From the human T2T-CHM13v2.0 reference genome, Homo sapiens: DNA of 64,000 nucleotides. Position numbers and translations under genes: made by a program. Location: assembly GCF_009914755.1 (NCBI RefSeq), contig NC_060928.1; one strand, 5' to 3'. Positions 12,566-25,568 of this stretch are shown in pieces (the first letter of the stretch is position 1; every line of letters starts with the position of its first letter). The notes below the pieces were generated by a model that saw only the letters and a program-made list of their open reading frames with translations, ran no database searches and was not told where the DNA came from.

Positions 12566-14488
12566 TAAACAAAAATATACACACAGTGTACAATGAATAT
12601 GGTTTACACAGAACAATAAAACAAAAATGATATCTCTTAAATGCCAACATAAAATGATCTATTTATGCCTAGAAAAAATTTCTAGGAATACACATTATTG
12701 ATTCATCTAAAATACATATATAACATAAAAAGAAAACAAATGCCAACCTTTCAGATGAGTACCACAAAAACCTAAAAGTTAAATGTTAGATTAAATAAAA
12801 TTATAAAATATCCACACGAGAAGTATGTGTATACAAAGTATTGTATGTATGCAGTGAAATGAGAGTGCCCATACAGTTATATGCAAACTTTTGAAAGTTT
12901 CATAGTTGTTTAACAAAATATTTTTAATGTTGATAGTGACATAAAAACATCACAAGAATTATCTAGATAATATAGCAATATTGCCAAAATTTGAGTCAAT
13001 GTTACCTGTGAGTGCAATAGGTCATCATTGATCGCGTCCTTTCATGACCTGGCGGTAATTTAGATGATTGAAGGAATATTATGAATGTATTTACACTGTG
13101 AGTGTGAAAGGGCAACATTTTTCTTCCTAAAGAACTGTATTTACTAAAATATATTTTTTTTGGCAAGATGTGATTTATCAGGCAACATCACTTGTATTAG
13201 GTCTTCCTTCCCTTGGTACTCACTCTCTGTGGGTACCATACTCAATTGTAAATCTTTTAAAAATTTAAAATTCTAAGTATGCATGCAATCTGTAAAAATT
13301 CCAATTTAGGATAGCTAAATTCATTACATTTTTTTTTTTGCTTATATTACCTTACTATTTTACCTGTCTCCTTGTTATTAATAGCAAGACATATGTTCCT
13401 TTTAGAAATGTTTGATTCTCTTATTTGCTTAGAAATAGAATTCAATGAGTGATTAATGTACACCATGATTCAGAAAAACAAATGCAAATTTCCATACATT
13501 AACTCTACACATAATGGCTTGCAATATTTTATCTAAAACATTCATTTTATTTTCCAATTCTTAAAGATAGTTTTTGCTATAGGTGGCATCTCTGTGAACG
13601 CAGAGCTCTAAATTAAAACTGCCAAAGCAACAAAAGATATAATATATTGGGACTTTATAAGCTAAGAAACATAAATACAGGCGGGAAAAAGCATAGCTTA
13701 TGTAGATTGCTGCTGGGTTAAATGAATATGAATTCACACTAAAATTGTCAATCAGCTACACATCTCTCACCAAATCATTCTTTTTGGTCGTGCATAATTT
13801 TTAAGGCCTCCAGCTACTATGATGCCTTGTGTTCAATATGTTTCCTTCCCTCTGTAACTGATGATCACAGTTTTTTTAGACAAGTTTCCTAAATCTGTGA
13901 TAAAAGCTAATTTATTTCCTAAAAGACTACAAATGGTGCCTCATATATTGAACCAAACAAATGATATACCATCCTGCTTGGAAATCAAACACCTAAAACA
14001 TCTGTGGTGATTTAGCATAGTGCCAGAGTGTAATTTGTTTAATGTAACAGTTTTGGTTTCAATTGAGCTATATTTATTAGAATCTGGGCACAGTAATATG
14101 TTACTGTTTTTCCTACTTTTAGCAAATGCCAAAATTATAAACTCCAAAATAGATGGTGAAGTACATTTTTAGTGATATCTGATTGGGCTAACAGTTCCCT
14201 GAATTTAGCCCTGAGTTATTGCTTAGACTACAGTTGAATTGCTAAGAATTCTCTGGCAAAGCATTATCAGGAGAAAAGGTGATTTAATAATTTAATTATG
14301 AATAAAATATAGTCATCAAATATGACTTTTAACCTAATAGGAGTCTTTAAAGAAGGTAAAAACCAAAACATTTATATAACCAAAATTATAGCCATCTGAA
14401 GATAAGGGATTGCATTTGATACTTTTTAAATAATTTTATACTGCCTCCAATAATTTATTTCCTAATAAAAAAAAAAGAATATGGCATT

Positions 14489-14912
14489 CATTGTGTGCTG
14501 GTAAATGCTCAACAATTGCCTTTCCAGGAATTAAAATTGCTAGTTTGTAGCATTTGCCAGCCAGTTTCTATGGTGTAAATACTCCCACTGTGGACAGTTT
14601 CAAGCTACGAACACCATGTTACTGAATCTGCAGTCAGGAAGAGACCCACAGTAGCACAATATTGTATCCTGTTTTCACTGTAAAGATGTAATAGACCTAA
14701 ATAGACTCAAGAGTACTAATAAATAGTATAAGGTAGTAAAATAATTGGGAAGTGGTATGTTTTGATTATTACATTGGTTTTTAATGTATTCCACTGTGTT
14801 TTATAATTTCATATTTAATAATGGTAATGTTTAACAACTAGCTTACAAAATTTCTGGTACTTTAATTATCAACTTTTATGCATCAGAACGAGCTAGTTCC
14901 AGCCCACCAGTG
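14489..14912 (-). mobile_element. MER63-like hAT DNA transposon within the 3' UTR
   Basis: Imperfect terminal inverted repeats cattgtgtgctgg... / ...ccagcccaccagtg. Minus strand begins cactggtgggctggaactagctcg..., as in the MER63 5' end. Confidence 0.7.
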
Positions 14913-15787
14913 GTATTGTGTCTCTTGGTACACTATCAACTTTTACATAGGGAGAGGTTTGATTTGCTTGGGAAGAAAGGCATTACTTTATACACATCAG
15001 TTTCTCTCCTTTTTTACCTCTTATTTTATGTAAAGTGCCATACATAGCTGAAGGATAAAAAGGAAGTATCCTCCATCCAAATGCTAGCTTTTAAGCCTTC
15101 AGAGTTTTTCAGAAGAGGGGTTAGTCTTATAAAATAAGGGCTGGAGGCTGGGTCCATGGAGCTCTGCCCTGATTGGGCAGTTTGTCATTTAGTACAATTT
15201 ATCACTTGGAACAAATGGTTGCTCGACTCACTGAATTATGAGGCTGACCAAACTTATGTTCAGGGATTGTTTTGGCAGAGTGTAGACAAACCTCAAGGCG
15301 ATATTTAAAAGCAAAAAGCAATGATATGAGATGTAAATGAATGGTTTCCTTGTCTTTAAATATGTTTTTCCTAGGGCTCAGTAAATAGCTAATCCAGAAT
15401 TGATATCTGCATTTAATATCAAAGGGGAACATATTATTTTTGAGCAAAAAAAGAGTTTGGAAATGTCATTTGCTCAGTTCATTTTTTGGCTCAATATGAC
15501 CTCCTAAAATAGGTCTGCTGGTGTATCTTTTAAGTGAAAATATAGATAGAATAGCATGACTGTGGCTGTGTTTGTTCAAGAGAGATTTAAACACTTTAAC
15601 ATTTGCTCTTTGATTTAGCCTTAATAACTTAAGAAATAGTGAAGTGGTTGTTTAAGAATGAACTGCCTCTCAGGAAAAAAGCAATATTGTTGTCTCTATG
15701 AAACACATTTTCTTGATGAAATCCACTTTTAGAAGTTTGCACCAGTACAGGCTTTCTATAAGGAAATGCAGATGAGTATGGTAATGA

Positions 15788-16180
<393 letters not shown>

Positions 16181-18147
16181 TAATATTTTTCCATATTTAA
16201 GTAGTTTGTTTTCAAAAATACAAATAAAAATTATTGCTTATAAGAGTATTTACAGAATGATAAATTACTTAAGGTTTCTTAGAACTCAGACTACCATTTG
16301 ATATGCTGAATGAGGCTTCATAGCTATTCAAGGAGGCCTCTGTCATCCCAGCCTCTCTATCTTAAATCTAATAGGGTAATGAAAATAACCACAAATCCTA
16401 CCATTTTCAAATGATATTGAACAACTCAAAGGTTGTATTTAATCACTAAAATAAAGAATGAGTTAAGAGAACATCAAGGTAATTTTGTCTATGAATGGAT
16501 TCAAAGTACACAGCACATTTTCATTAAAAAGGCTGTAAGTAGTTTGGTACCTGCCTCAAGTATAATGCCCACAGGTAATTAGCTAAAATAAAAAATTGAT
16601 AATTCTAGTATAAAAAGCTCCAAATGCTTATCTAAAATTTGTAGTAATTTGAAAAACTTAACATGGGGCTAGAATCCTTATTTCAACAGGAATCCTAGGC
16701 AAGGAGCTATCACATTAGCTATGGGAAGCATAATATCATCCATTGATCATAGCTAAGAGAGGGCTTAAGAAGCCTCTGTTATTTTCAAGGGAGATTTATG
16801 CTTTGGATAGCATGCTCTTCTAATGAGAAAGGAACAAGAATTTGTAAAATTTGGAGAAAAGTTTCATTCGTTCAGACTTTTGTACTCTTAGTTTCAATTC
16901 CAGTGATAAATCCTAATTTCTTTTTAACTAGCATTCTCCCTCAATTTTCATGCATATTTAGCATGGCAATTTGGAGAAGTGACAAGCCACAGGCTAGGAA
17001 AGTAAGAAGAGATTGTAATTCAAATTCTGCAACTATCTCCTGAGTGATTGGGGGTGATTAACCTTACCCATGTTTGAATACTGGTATTATACAAGATGAT
17101 TTTTTTAAGGAAACTTCTACTTTGGGATTTTGGAAAACTTATAAATGTTATTTTGCTGAGTAAGGGCAAGGGCAAGTTTGATATTCAGGGCAACAGAAAA
17201 TAATTGTTTTACTTTATCATTTGTTGTGGTTGCATATGTTTTAAAGGCTTATTAACACACACAAACCTATGCCATAACTGCATGCTTACACCAGGATGAC
17301 TGCTAAGAAACATCTCAGAGATACCTCACTGACATTCATGAACTTCACAACATAAAGTTCAGGCTGATGGGAATTTTCATTTTGGGTATCAAAATGTTGT
17401 TCATTTTTATTTTATTTGTAATTTTAGATCATTGCAGTGTTTTGCTTATCATTCTATTAAACGTTCTATATTGCTACATTCACAGCTAGATCACACAACC
17501 CAAGTCAGAGTTCTGAAAAGATGCCATGGTTTTGAAAGGTCTGTTGACCACTTTACTCACTCCATGCATATGCCTGTTGCAAGGGAGGAGTCACACCTTG
17601 ACTGGATGATAGAGATCATTGTGGAACATACCTGCAAACTGCCTCAGTATTCCAGATCATGAGTTAACTCTACCTAATTGAGTGGCTACACATTTTTTTT
17701 AAATCCCTTACATTGATTCTCAGGTTGACTGTGTTCTCATAGGCTATTAAGTTGTATCACAAAAAAAATATGTTCCTTTTCCCCCTCTCCTCTCTTCCAT
17801 TTGGTTGGAGAGTGGTGCTCTGTGAATCACCCCTAGTCCTATTGAAATGATCCATGTTTCCTCAGAAACATTTAAATACTCATGAATGAAATTTACACTT
17901 TGTGAACCAATCTCAATCAGCTAGGCTCAACACATAGAAGCTTAGAACTAGAAATGACAGTACTGAATCATGTAAGATTTTTTAAAATGGATTTCTTTCA
18001 GAGCAATATGCTGATGATGAATTGAAGTAGTTCCTAGATTTTGGGAAACATCTGTGATCATCTCCCCCACCACAAATTCATGACAATAAAAACAAACAAA
18101 AAAGACCAAGGTGAAGATTATCCAACTGAAATGTATTTGTGTTCCTG

Positions 18148-18153
18148 TTTATT
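18148..18153 (-). promoter_or_regulatory. INPP4B: Proximal polyadenylation signal AATAAA, 15 nt after the stop codon
   Basis: tttatt on +. Downstream minus-strand U/GU-rich element (tctttttttgtttgttttt-type tract) at ~18088-18105. Confidence 0.65.
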
Positions 18154-18168
18154 AACATGTTGGTAAAC

Positions 18169-18301
18169 TTAGGTGTCAGCTTTTCCATAAGTCCCCTCTG
18201 GAGGTCTGTAGTACTTGGGGAAAGCCATCAGCTGTAGCATGTTGAAAGCATACTTTCTGCATTTGATATTCTTCAGTACATTCTCTATGCGGCATCCTTC
18301 T
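18169..18301 (-). CDS. INPP4B: INPP4B terminal coding exon, alpha isoform (C-terminal 43 aa plus stop)
   Basis: Acceptor ctttttcccctttcaccag|A GAA GGA TGC... (phase 2, 133 nt) translates [44 protein letters not shown] recognise this as the INPP4B C-terminus ([10 protein letters not shown] motif shared with INPP4A). Confidence 0.96.
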
Positions 18302-19518
18302 CTGGTGAAAGGGGAAAAAGTACAACTTCATGAAACACAGAATAAATAAATATGCTTTATTTGTTTAATGCAGAGTTGCAGCAACCATCCAAGTAAAAAT
18401 AACAAAGATTCAACTCTACATTTTTTTTTTCCACAAGTGATGATACATCTTACAAAATTAAATCCTAGGCCAGGCCCAATACCATTATTGCCCTCTGAAA
18501 GAGATGACTTAAGTCTCTTTACTCTTAACATTTAAAATTTAATAAACTCTTTAAATATAATTTGCTCCACAATACAGCTCCACTTTAGTTTCATAAATAT
18601 ATCTGCCTTTTTATAACATTTCCACAAATTAATTTCTCAGTCTCTTTAAAACACATTAAAATCTATATGTAGCCCTAAGGATGCAGGTTCTAGAAATAAG
18701 GCATTTAATTTATTAAGTCTGGCCCTATAGATTTTTAAAGAAAAATTTCATCTCTATTTTATTATTTTAGCTGTGCAAGGAAGAGAGAAAATGGCTTTCT
18801 GAATGAACAGCCTGGGCCAAGTCTCAGCTTTATAAAGGAAGAGTGCTTGTCCACGGACAGTACAAAAGTCACAAGTGCTGGGAATGGTACATCAAGACAC
18901 AAACAAGACCTTGTTAAAAAGAATAGAAAAGTCCTCTGAAAGCCAAATCAACCCAAACAAGAGATACAAACAGGTAATTTAATTACAAAACATAAATAGC
19001 CATTCTCTCCATAAAGTTACTTGACAGAAAAGAGTTAATTGCAGCAAAGAAGTAAAACAGGTTAAAAAAAATTTCTATCAGCAGATGGCATCTATGATAT
19101 TAGCACAGTGGAAATAAAGTCTGCAACCTCCCACATCTCTAGAACTTGTCTCAGGGTTTCAGTGTTTGTGCAAATTTCAGTCTTAATTTCTTTAATAAAT
19201 TTAGTGGGATGAGGACAGGAGGTTCAGAACTTCAAGCTTTCAGGATTCTGTTCTTTGTCTTATTCCAAAGACAGTAATTTAAAAATTCTTCTTGAGCTAG
19301 TTAACAGTGGGAAACACCTTTCCATGAACAAAAGAGCAAAATAATCCACCTAATGCATAGTACTTTTTGTTTTTTAGATTTTAGGAAAAACAAACTAAAC
19401 ACAATTTAACATTTTTTAAATTCTGTGAATTTGAAAATGTAAAAATATTACAGCATTGTCCCCATAATTTAAAGTTCATTGTCATTTGTAGAAAAGAAAA
19501 AGGAATACAACATAAAAC

Positions 19519-19693
19519 TTATTGGTATTTGGCTAAGAGTAACGCCAGACTTAAAATAAGCCACACAACTAGCAGGTGTGAGCTGACAAGCAGCAAGGCG
19601 ACAGGATAGAAGTGTCGAGAAGTTGGCTTGTTATCAGTTAGACAGCCTGTTTCAGGATCATCGGATTCATTCAGTGCTCCCTGGGTTTGTCTG
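19519..19693 (-). CDS. INPP4B: INPP4B alternative terminal exon, beta isoform (hydrophobic/transmembrane C-terminus)
   Basis: Strong acceptor ttttcttttcccccccaacttcccctcatttaacag|C AGA CAA ACC..., same phase 2 as the alpha exon, 175 nt. Open frame [57 protein letters not shown], consistent with the known alpha/beta C-terminal splicing of the 4-phosphatase family. Confidence 0.88.
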
Positions 19694-21197
19694 CTGTTAA
19701 ATGAGGGGAAGTTGGGGGGGAAAAGAAAATAGTATAGAGTTCACACAGTAAAAAAAATTCAGCCTTAAATATTCTGAAATACAATGCATTATCTTACATA
19801 ACACAACTCTTTCAGATGAAATCTTATGGTAAATTTCCCCAAATGCATCTTGTGTATTGTTTTCTCATTGTACTACATGGGCAAAGGAATTAAAACAGGA
19901 GATTCCTTTAGCTCTTTGTGCAAGAAGGAAGAGAGAAACACTGTAATGATATTCACATGGGTTGATTACATATGTGCAAGGAAGAATCAAATAAGCATAA
20001 CAGCACCAAATCAAGACTTTATGAATACAACTAAAACATGGATTAGCTCATGAAAATAATCTGATAACTACATCTTTAGAAAATGAAATGAACAACACAG
20101 GATGTAGTGAAGCAAACCAATGTGTCTGGCATATTTAAACATACTCTCTACTGGCATTGCACCTATATAATGTATTTAAAGTTATAAAAATGATTTATTG
20201 AAATGGCACAATCTTTAAAATGAGTGAGACATCTGACATGCCATCCTTGCAAGCCATAATATTAGTTTAATAAAATCCAACTCAGCACCCTTCTGTTAGT
20301 TCAGCTCATAAATTATATCACCTCCTGCTCATCTTCTTTAGATAGGGCCAAATCTATCTCCTATGGACATCTCATCTGAAAAGAGACCCATATTTACAGA
20401 GTGATACCACAGAAAATAAAAGACTTCATTTCTAGATTGTTTACTTTCTGTGTAAATAAAAAAAAGTAGGGGGTTGGTTTATAATTCTGCTTAAAAGCAG
20501 CTCCAATTATGGCCAGTCTGAAATATACCATATTGATATAAATTGAAAATAAAATAATTATGCTCTAGTTCATCAGTATTCAGAGTATTAAGAATCTCAA
20601 TCACATTCAGTGGTTAAGGGGGTGGGATATTCTCTATTAGCTCTTCTATGTTTTCAGGCAAAAAACTGATTGTGGCTCAGTCTTATGAAAAGTGGAACTT
20701 TTCAAAGGAAACTTCTAACGAAGCTCCTTAGCCATGGCTGATTTCTAGTCCTTCGCAATCCCCAAACAAGTCCTATACAGAAATTTTTGACCAGGCATTG
20801 ACCACACCAGTGTCAGCATTTACATAAATATCATAATTATTTCATACAATATGAATTAGTGTAAAACACCAAATCAACCATGTTGTGCTGTGCTCTGTTA
20901 TATCCTCATGGTTTGGTAGAACCTAAGGACTATGCAATCAGTGACAAAGTAAAAGACTGCCTGGAAAACAAATGGTTTACTGAGCAAAAGGGGGTTTATT
21001 TTTGATTTGCATTTATTCCTATTGTCAATTGTATGAGTAACTTGGTTACTATTCAACTTTTTCCAGCACACCAGGTAGAAAATGTACAGTATTTTAGGCA
21101 TTGATATTTTTTAAAGTGACTAAGAAAAGCTCCCCTTACATTATATTATTTCTTCTATTGGCTTCAAATCCCTAATTGTTAATCCCAGAGAAGGAGT

Positions 21198-21510
21198 TTA
21201 TTCATTTCTTCAACCCAAAGTTTTTAGTGTCTACTATGAACCAATTGCTGCTGTGTAGGCACTGGGAATACAAGGTTGGATACATCAGATAGAGATTTCA
21301 ACAATGTTTATTTTTGAGTTGGACGAGCAGGAATAGAAAAATAATAACATCTGATAAAAGCACCATGAAGAAAAGTAAGGCAGGAAAAGATTCATATGTG
21401 TGTGAGACAGAGACAGAGAGAATTTTAAATAGGAAAGTTAGAGAAGTTCTCACAAGAAGGTAACGTTATCACAGATTGAAGATAGAAAGGGAAAGAAAGA
21501 TGTGGATGTT
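21198..21510 (-). mobile_element. L2 3' end fragment
   Basis: ttattcatttcttcaac...agtgtctactatg...taggcactgggaatacaa, antisense L2 terminus. Confidence 0.65.
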
Positions 21511-22009
21511 CAAATTAATTTTTTCATTGAGCTAGTGCATTACCTAGTAACTTCCTGATATAAGGGGACTGGAAAGTTTAGGCTGGAGGACAAAGGGGCA
21601 TGAAGGAATACTGAGAGGGTGTTTTCTGCCTGGCTGGGTCTCAGTGGGAAAGCCCAGGCTACCAGGGGCAGCAGAGAGGTAGGGAGGGAAGTGACCTGAA
21701 CTAGTGGATGGCAGACCAAACTGGAGGAGAGACTCTACAGTTATGGACCCCATTTCCATTACAGAATCCAAATAGAGACAAGGACACTAAGACCCCTGAG
21801 GGTAGCAGTTTGAATTTCCCCTATAAGAACCCCCCAAGATGATCTTGGAAGGAGGGCACATAGATCTGAGGTGGTTCTAGATGGCTCATTGGAGCAGAGG
21901 ACAAAAGTATGAGAACTTCAATATTGCCAATATGTATCTCATTCTATTAAAATTACTTTTTCATGTATTTCAAAAAATATATATTAGTAGAATAGCACAT
22001 ATAGAAATA

Positions 22010-22250
22010 GCTGTGATATAGATCAGAGCACAGACTCCGGAGTCAGACCAGCTGTTTCAAGCTTGGTTCTGCCACTTGCTAGTGGAGTGGCGTTGAGCAT
22101 GTCATTCAGTATGTCTGTCTCTATTTCCTTATCTGTAAAGTGGTGATAATAACAACATGTATATCATCGAACTGCTATGAAGTAGCTCATGTAAGTCAAT
22201 TCTTACAAAGTTCTTAGAGAATGCCTATAGCAAGCATTCAATAACTTATG
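22010..22250 (+). mobile_element. MIR
   Basis: gagcacagactccggagtcagacc...ctctatttccttatctgtaaagtggtgataataac. Confidence 0.8.
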
Positions 22251-23059
22251 CCATTTGTATATCAATAAATAGGTACATCTTGGTAGTGTACCCAGAAACT
22301 TTTTAACTAGTATGTTCCCTCCTGCCTTTTTTTTTTCCAGAAAAGACTCACAGATTCTGTTTAATGCATGGTAAAGAAAAATATCACCAGGTCCTTGGGA
22401 GTAGCAAGAAAATAAAAAAGCCTAAAACATGTACTTTGGAGAGAGGAAAGCTTATTCCCATGGAAAAGAAAAAGAAAAGGAATCTGAACAATTGCTCATC
22501 TGAGGGCCATGTGGGTCTCCAAAGAGGCTTTTAGCACATGCCCTTCCTGTAATCCAGGGGTAACCATTGTTAACCTGACCAATTCAGCAAAGAGGGAAAA
22601 GTCAAATTTCACAGGGAAGGCTGGTCCATAAACTTGGTTCTGTCCACAATGTGTGTCTTGCCCAGCCACTGTGCTGCCTTTATATACAAGTCAGGCACAT
22701 TCCCCCTCCACTGTGCCAGCCACACCCTCTGGACCATGGGCCAGTGGTCATTTCCAGCAGCAGAGGCTGAGGTCAAGGCAGGGTTGGAAGGAGTTGCTGT
22801 AGTGAGTGTTGTGACAGCACTGGCCAATGTAGGGGAAAAAAGCAGCAAGCCAATGCCTGGTTGGGGTCAGTTCATCAGGGTCTGTAAGTCTCCTTCACTG
22901 ATCATTAGTGCTGAAAGGAACCTCTAGAGGTCATTCTGTGCATTTCTCAACTTCCTTTGGGTCACTTTCATACATGGTTTTCCCTCCAGGTCTGATAGAT
23001 TTTCAAGAAAGAGCATGCCTTCAGCTTCTTTTTATCTCCTAAGTAAGTTCTCCATTTCA

Positions 23060-23373
<314 letters not shown>

Positions 23374-23464
23374 TGAGTACTGATACTCTACTTATCAGGC
23401 CAATCAGCTAACATTTCAGGGAATAAAGTCAATAGTTTGGTTACTGTACAGTCCATGGTAAACA

Positions 23465-23810
23465 TTCAGCTCCGAATATTGACAGTGCTGAGACTGAGAG
23501 ACCCTGCTTTAGCATGAGACTCTCTCTATATGTACATATAAATATATCAACTATAACCTATCTATCTAACCTTCTTATCATTTATCTTTAAGGCAGTAGT
23601 TTACAACCAAGTGATGTTACCCAGGGACATTGGGCAATATCTGGAAGGATTGTTGGTTGTCATAACTATAGGAGTGGGGGTACTGCTACTGGCATCTTAG
23701 CAGGTGGGGCCCAGGGATGTTGCTCAACATCCTGCAATGCATAGGACAGTCCCTGCCACAATCACCCAGCCCGAATGTCACTGCTGGCATAGCAGAGAGG
23801 CTGGGCCCTG
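23465..23810 (+). mobile_element. MER20 (hAT-Charlie): short 3' piece at ~23465-23510 and near-complete copy at ~23594-23805
   Basis: cccagggacattgggcaatatctggaagg...ggttgtcataact...tgctactggcatc...gggatgttgctcaacatcctgcaatgcataggacag. Separate ...gacagtgctgagactgagagaccctg end. Confidence 0.8.
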
Positions 23811-24700
23811 GCTCTTTGTATTTCATACTTCGCTCTGCCCCCGCGATCCCCTCTTACCTCTCTCTTTCCACATCTCCTGTCTCCATCAGGAATTCTATTA
23901 CTCACGCAACCCCCATAAACAATGCCCAACTCCCTTCCAGCCCTCAGTTCCCCACAGCCTGACTGATCACAGCCTGCACAGCCAGGCTCACCACTGCCAC
24001 CCTTCCTCTATCCCTGCTAGTCTACCTTCATAGACATCAAGAGTCACACCGGACCCCTTCCCTTGTATCCAGACCATATATGGTCAGGAAACCATATATT
24101 TGTTTTATGATGTCCTCTGCTCAGAGCACCAGGCACCTCCTCCTAGCCACTCCAGTCATGCTCATTCTTACCCTTGTTACTCATAACTAACTTCTCCTGT
24201 CCTTTCTAAAGTATGGCTCCAGTAGCATCAGTTTCCTGCTGGAAGTTTCCATGGCTTTTCTAGGCCTGCTGATGAAGTTAAACCCTCCTGGCTGGGGCAC
24301 CCTCATCCCTGTGTGTACCAATTCTATCACCTGGAACACACACACACACATATACCATCTCTGACTAGTTTGCCCTCCTCACTTCTTGCATCCATCAAGT
24401 ACCACTGCTTCCAGGAAGCCCTCCAGGTCTGTGTCTGTGTCTCCCTGTCTCGCTCATCTTCCTACCTCTTAGAAGCACTTGGCATCAAGCCTGGCACAGG
24501 AGGATTTGTCTGAGGCTCACATCAGCACGAGGAGGCAGGCCAGCATCCCCACTTGGCTAAATACGAGGGATCTGGAGGCCAAAAGTCTGCCTTCAGATTC
24601 TACCTGGCCTCTTAGTTCTGCCTGCTTGAGAGATTTGATTTGTCTCTTCAAGCCTCCATTTCCCTTCTTGGAAAGTGAGGTTAGGATGAATGAGATCGTC

Positions 24701-24799
24701 CCAACGTAGGTGCACAAAAAGAGCTGGCTTGCAAAGTCCCAGAGGTGGGTTGGATAGGACAGATGCTGTGAGCCGAGATATTTTGTGCACCTACGTTGG
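24701..24799. repeat. Perfect 19-bp inverted repeat with 61-nt spacer
   Basis: ccaacgtaggtgcacaaaa (24701-24719) and ttttgtgcacctacgttgg (24781-24799). Confidence 0.95.
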
Positions 24800-25313
24800 C
24801 ACCTTTTAAAATGTATTTCTCTAGAATCTTTTTAACTAGATAAAGATACTATTCACCTAGAACCTTTTTAACTGGTAGAGATGTATAATCAAACCAAGTT
24901 GCAAGCCACTAACCTAGCCCACTGGTGTTCAAAAGTGGATGTACCAGGAGGTGGGTGGAGGAGCAGAGGGCCAGGACATGCAGCTTGATCTTACCAGCAG
25001 CAATTGTTTATGTCTCTGCAGAAGAAAGTATTTATGTACCACCCCAGACTATATTTGGGTAAACAATAGTCATAATTATGTCACAGCAATTTGAATTATA
25101 CCAAATCAATCATGCTGTGGTCTGGTTGCAAAGAATAGTTGAAAATAACTGGTCTATCTCATGCTTGAATAATTCTGGCAATGAGGAGAAAATGCTTTTC
25201 AAAGAAGTTCATTCCACCCACAGCCAGCTGTAGAGGGGGCTCAGTCACAGAACATGCATGCAGGCATGTGTTGGGTAGGTAGGGAGAGGGGCAGGAGGAG
25301 GCAAGATATAGTT

Positions 25314-25568
25314 CTTTTTTTTAAAATCTTTCAACTTTCATTTTAGATACAGGGGCATACATGAGTAGGTTTGCTATTTGGGTATATTGTACATGGACAG
25401 TGAGCTTAGTACCCAAAAGGTAGATTTTCAACCACCCTCCCCTCCTTCCCTCTCCCCTCTAATAGTGTGCAGTGTCTATTGTTCCCATGTTTATGTCCGT
25501 GGGTGCTAAATGTTTAGCTCCCACTTATAATTGAAAATGTGGGGTATTTGGTTTTCTTTTCCTGTGTA
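25314..25568 (-). mobile_element. Short 5'-truncated L1 3' end (older L1PA/L1PB type)
   Basis: T tail, then caactttcattttagatacaggggcatacatg...tgtttagctcccacttataattgaaaatgtggggtatttggtttt. Confidence 0.85.

Noticed and set aside
13012-13019. GTGCAATA miR-25/92 8mer
   Set aside because: It is on the + strand, antisense to the INPP4B mRNA.
18162-19521. Both terminal exons have TAAGTTT at the stop, suggesting exon duplication
   Set aside because: Only 7 nt match and the coding sequences and peptides show no other similarity, so it is consistent with chance.
24701-24799. MADE1/Hsmar MITE or miR-548-type hairpin
   Set aside because: The arms do not match the MADE1 TIR (ttaggttggtgcaaaagtaattgc) and there is no TA target duplication. 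Kept only as an unexplained inverted repeat.
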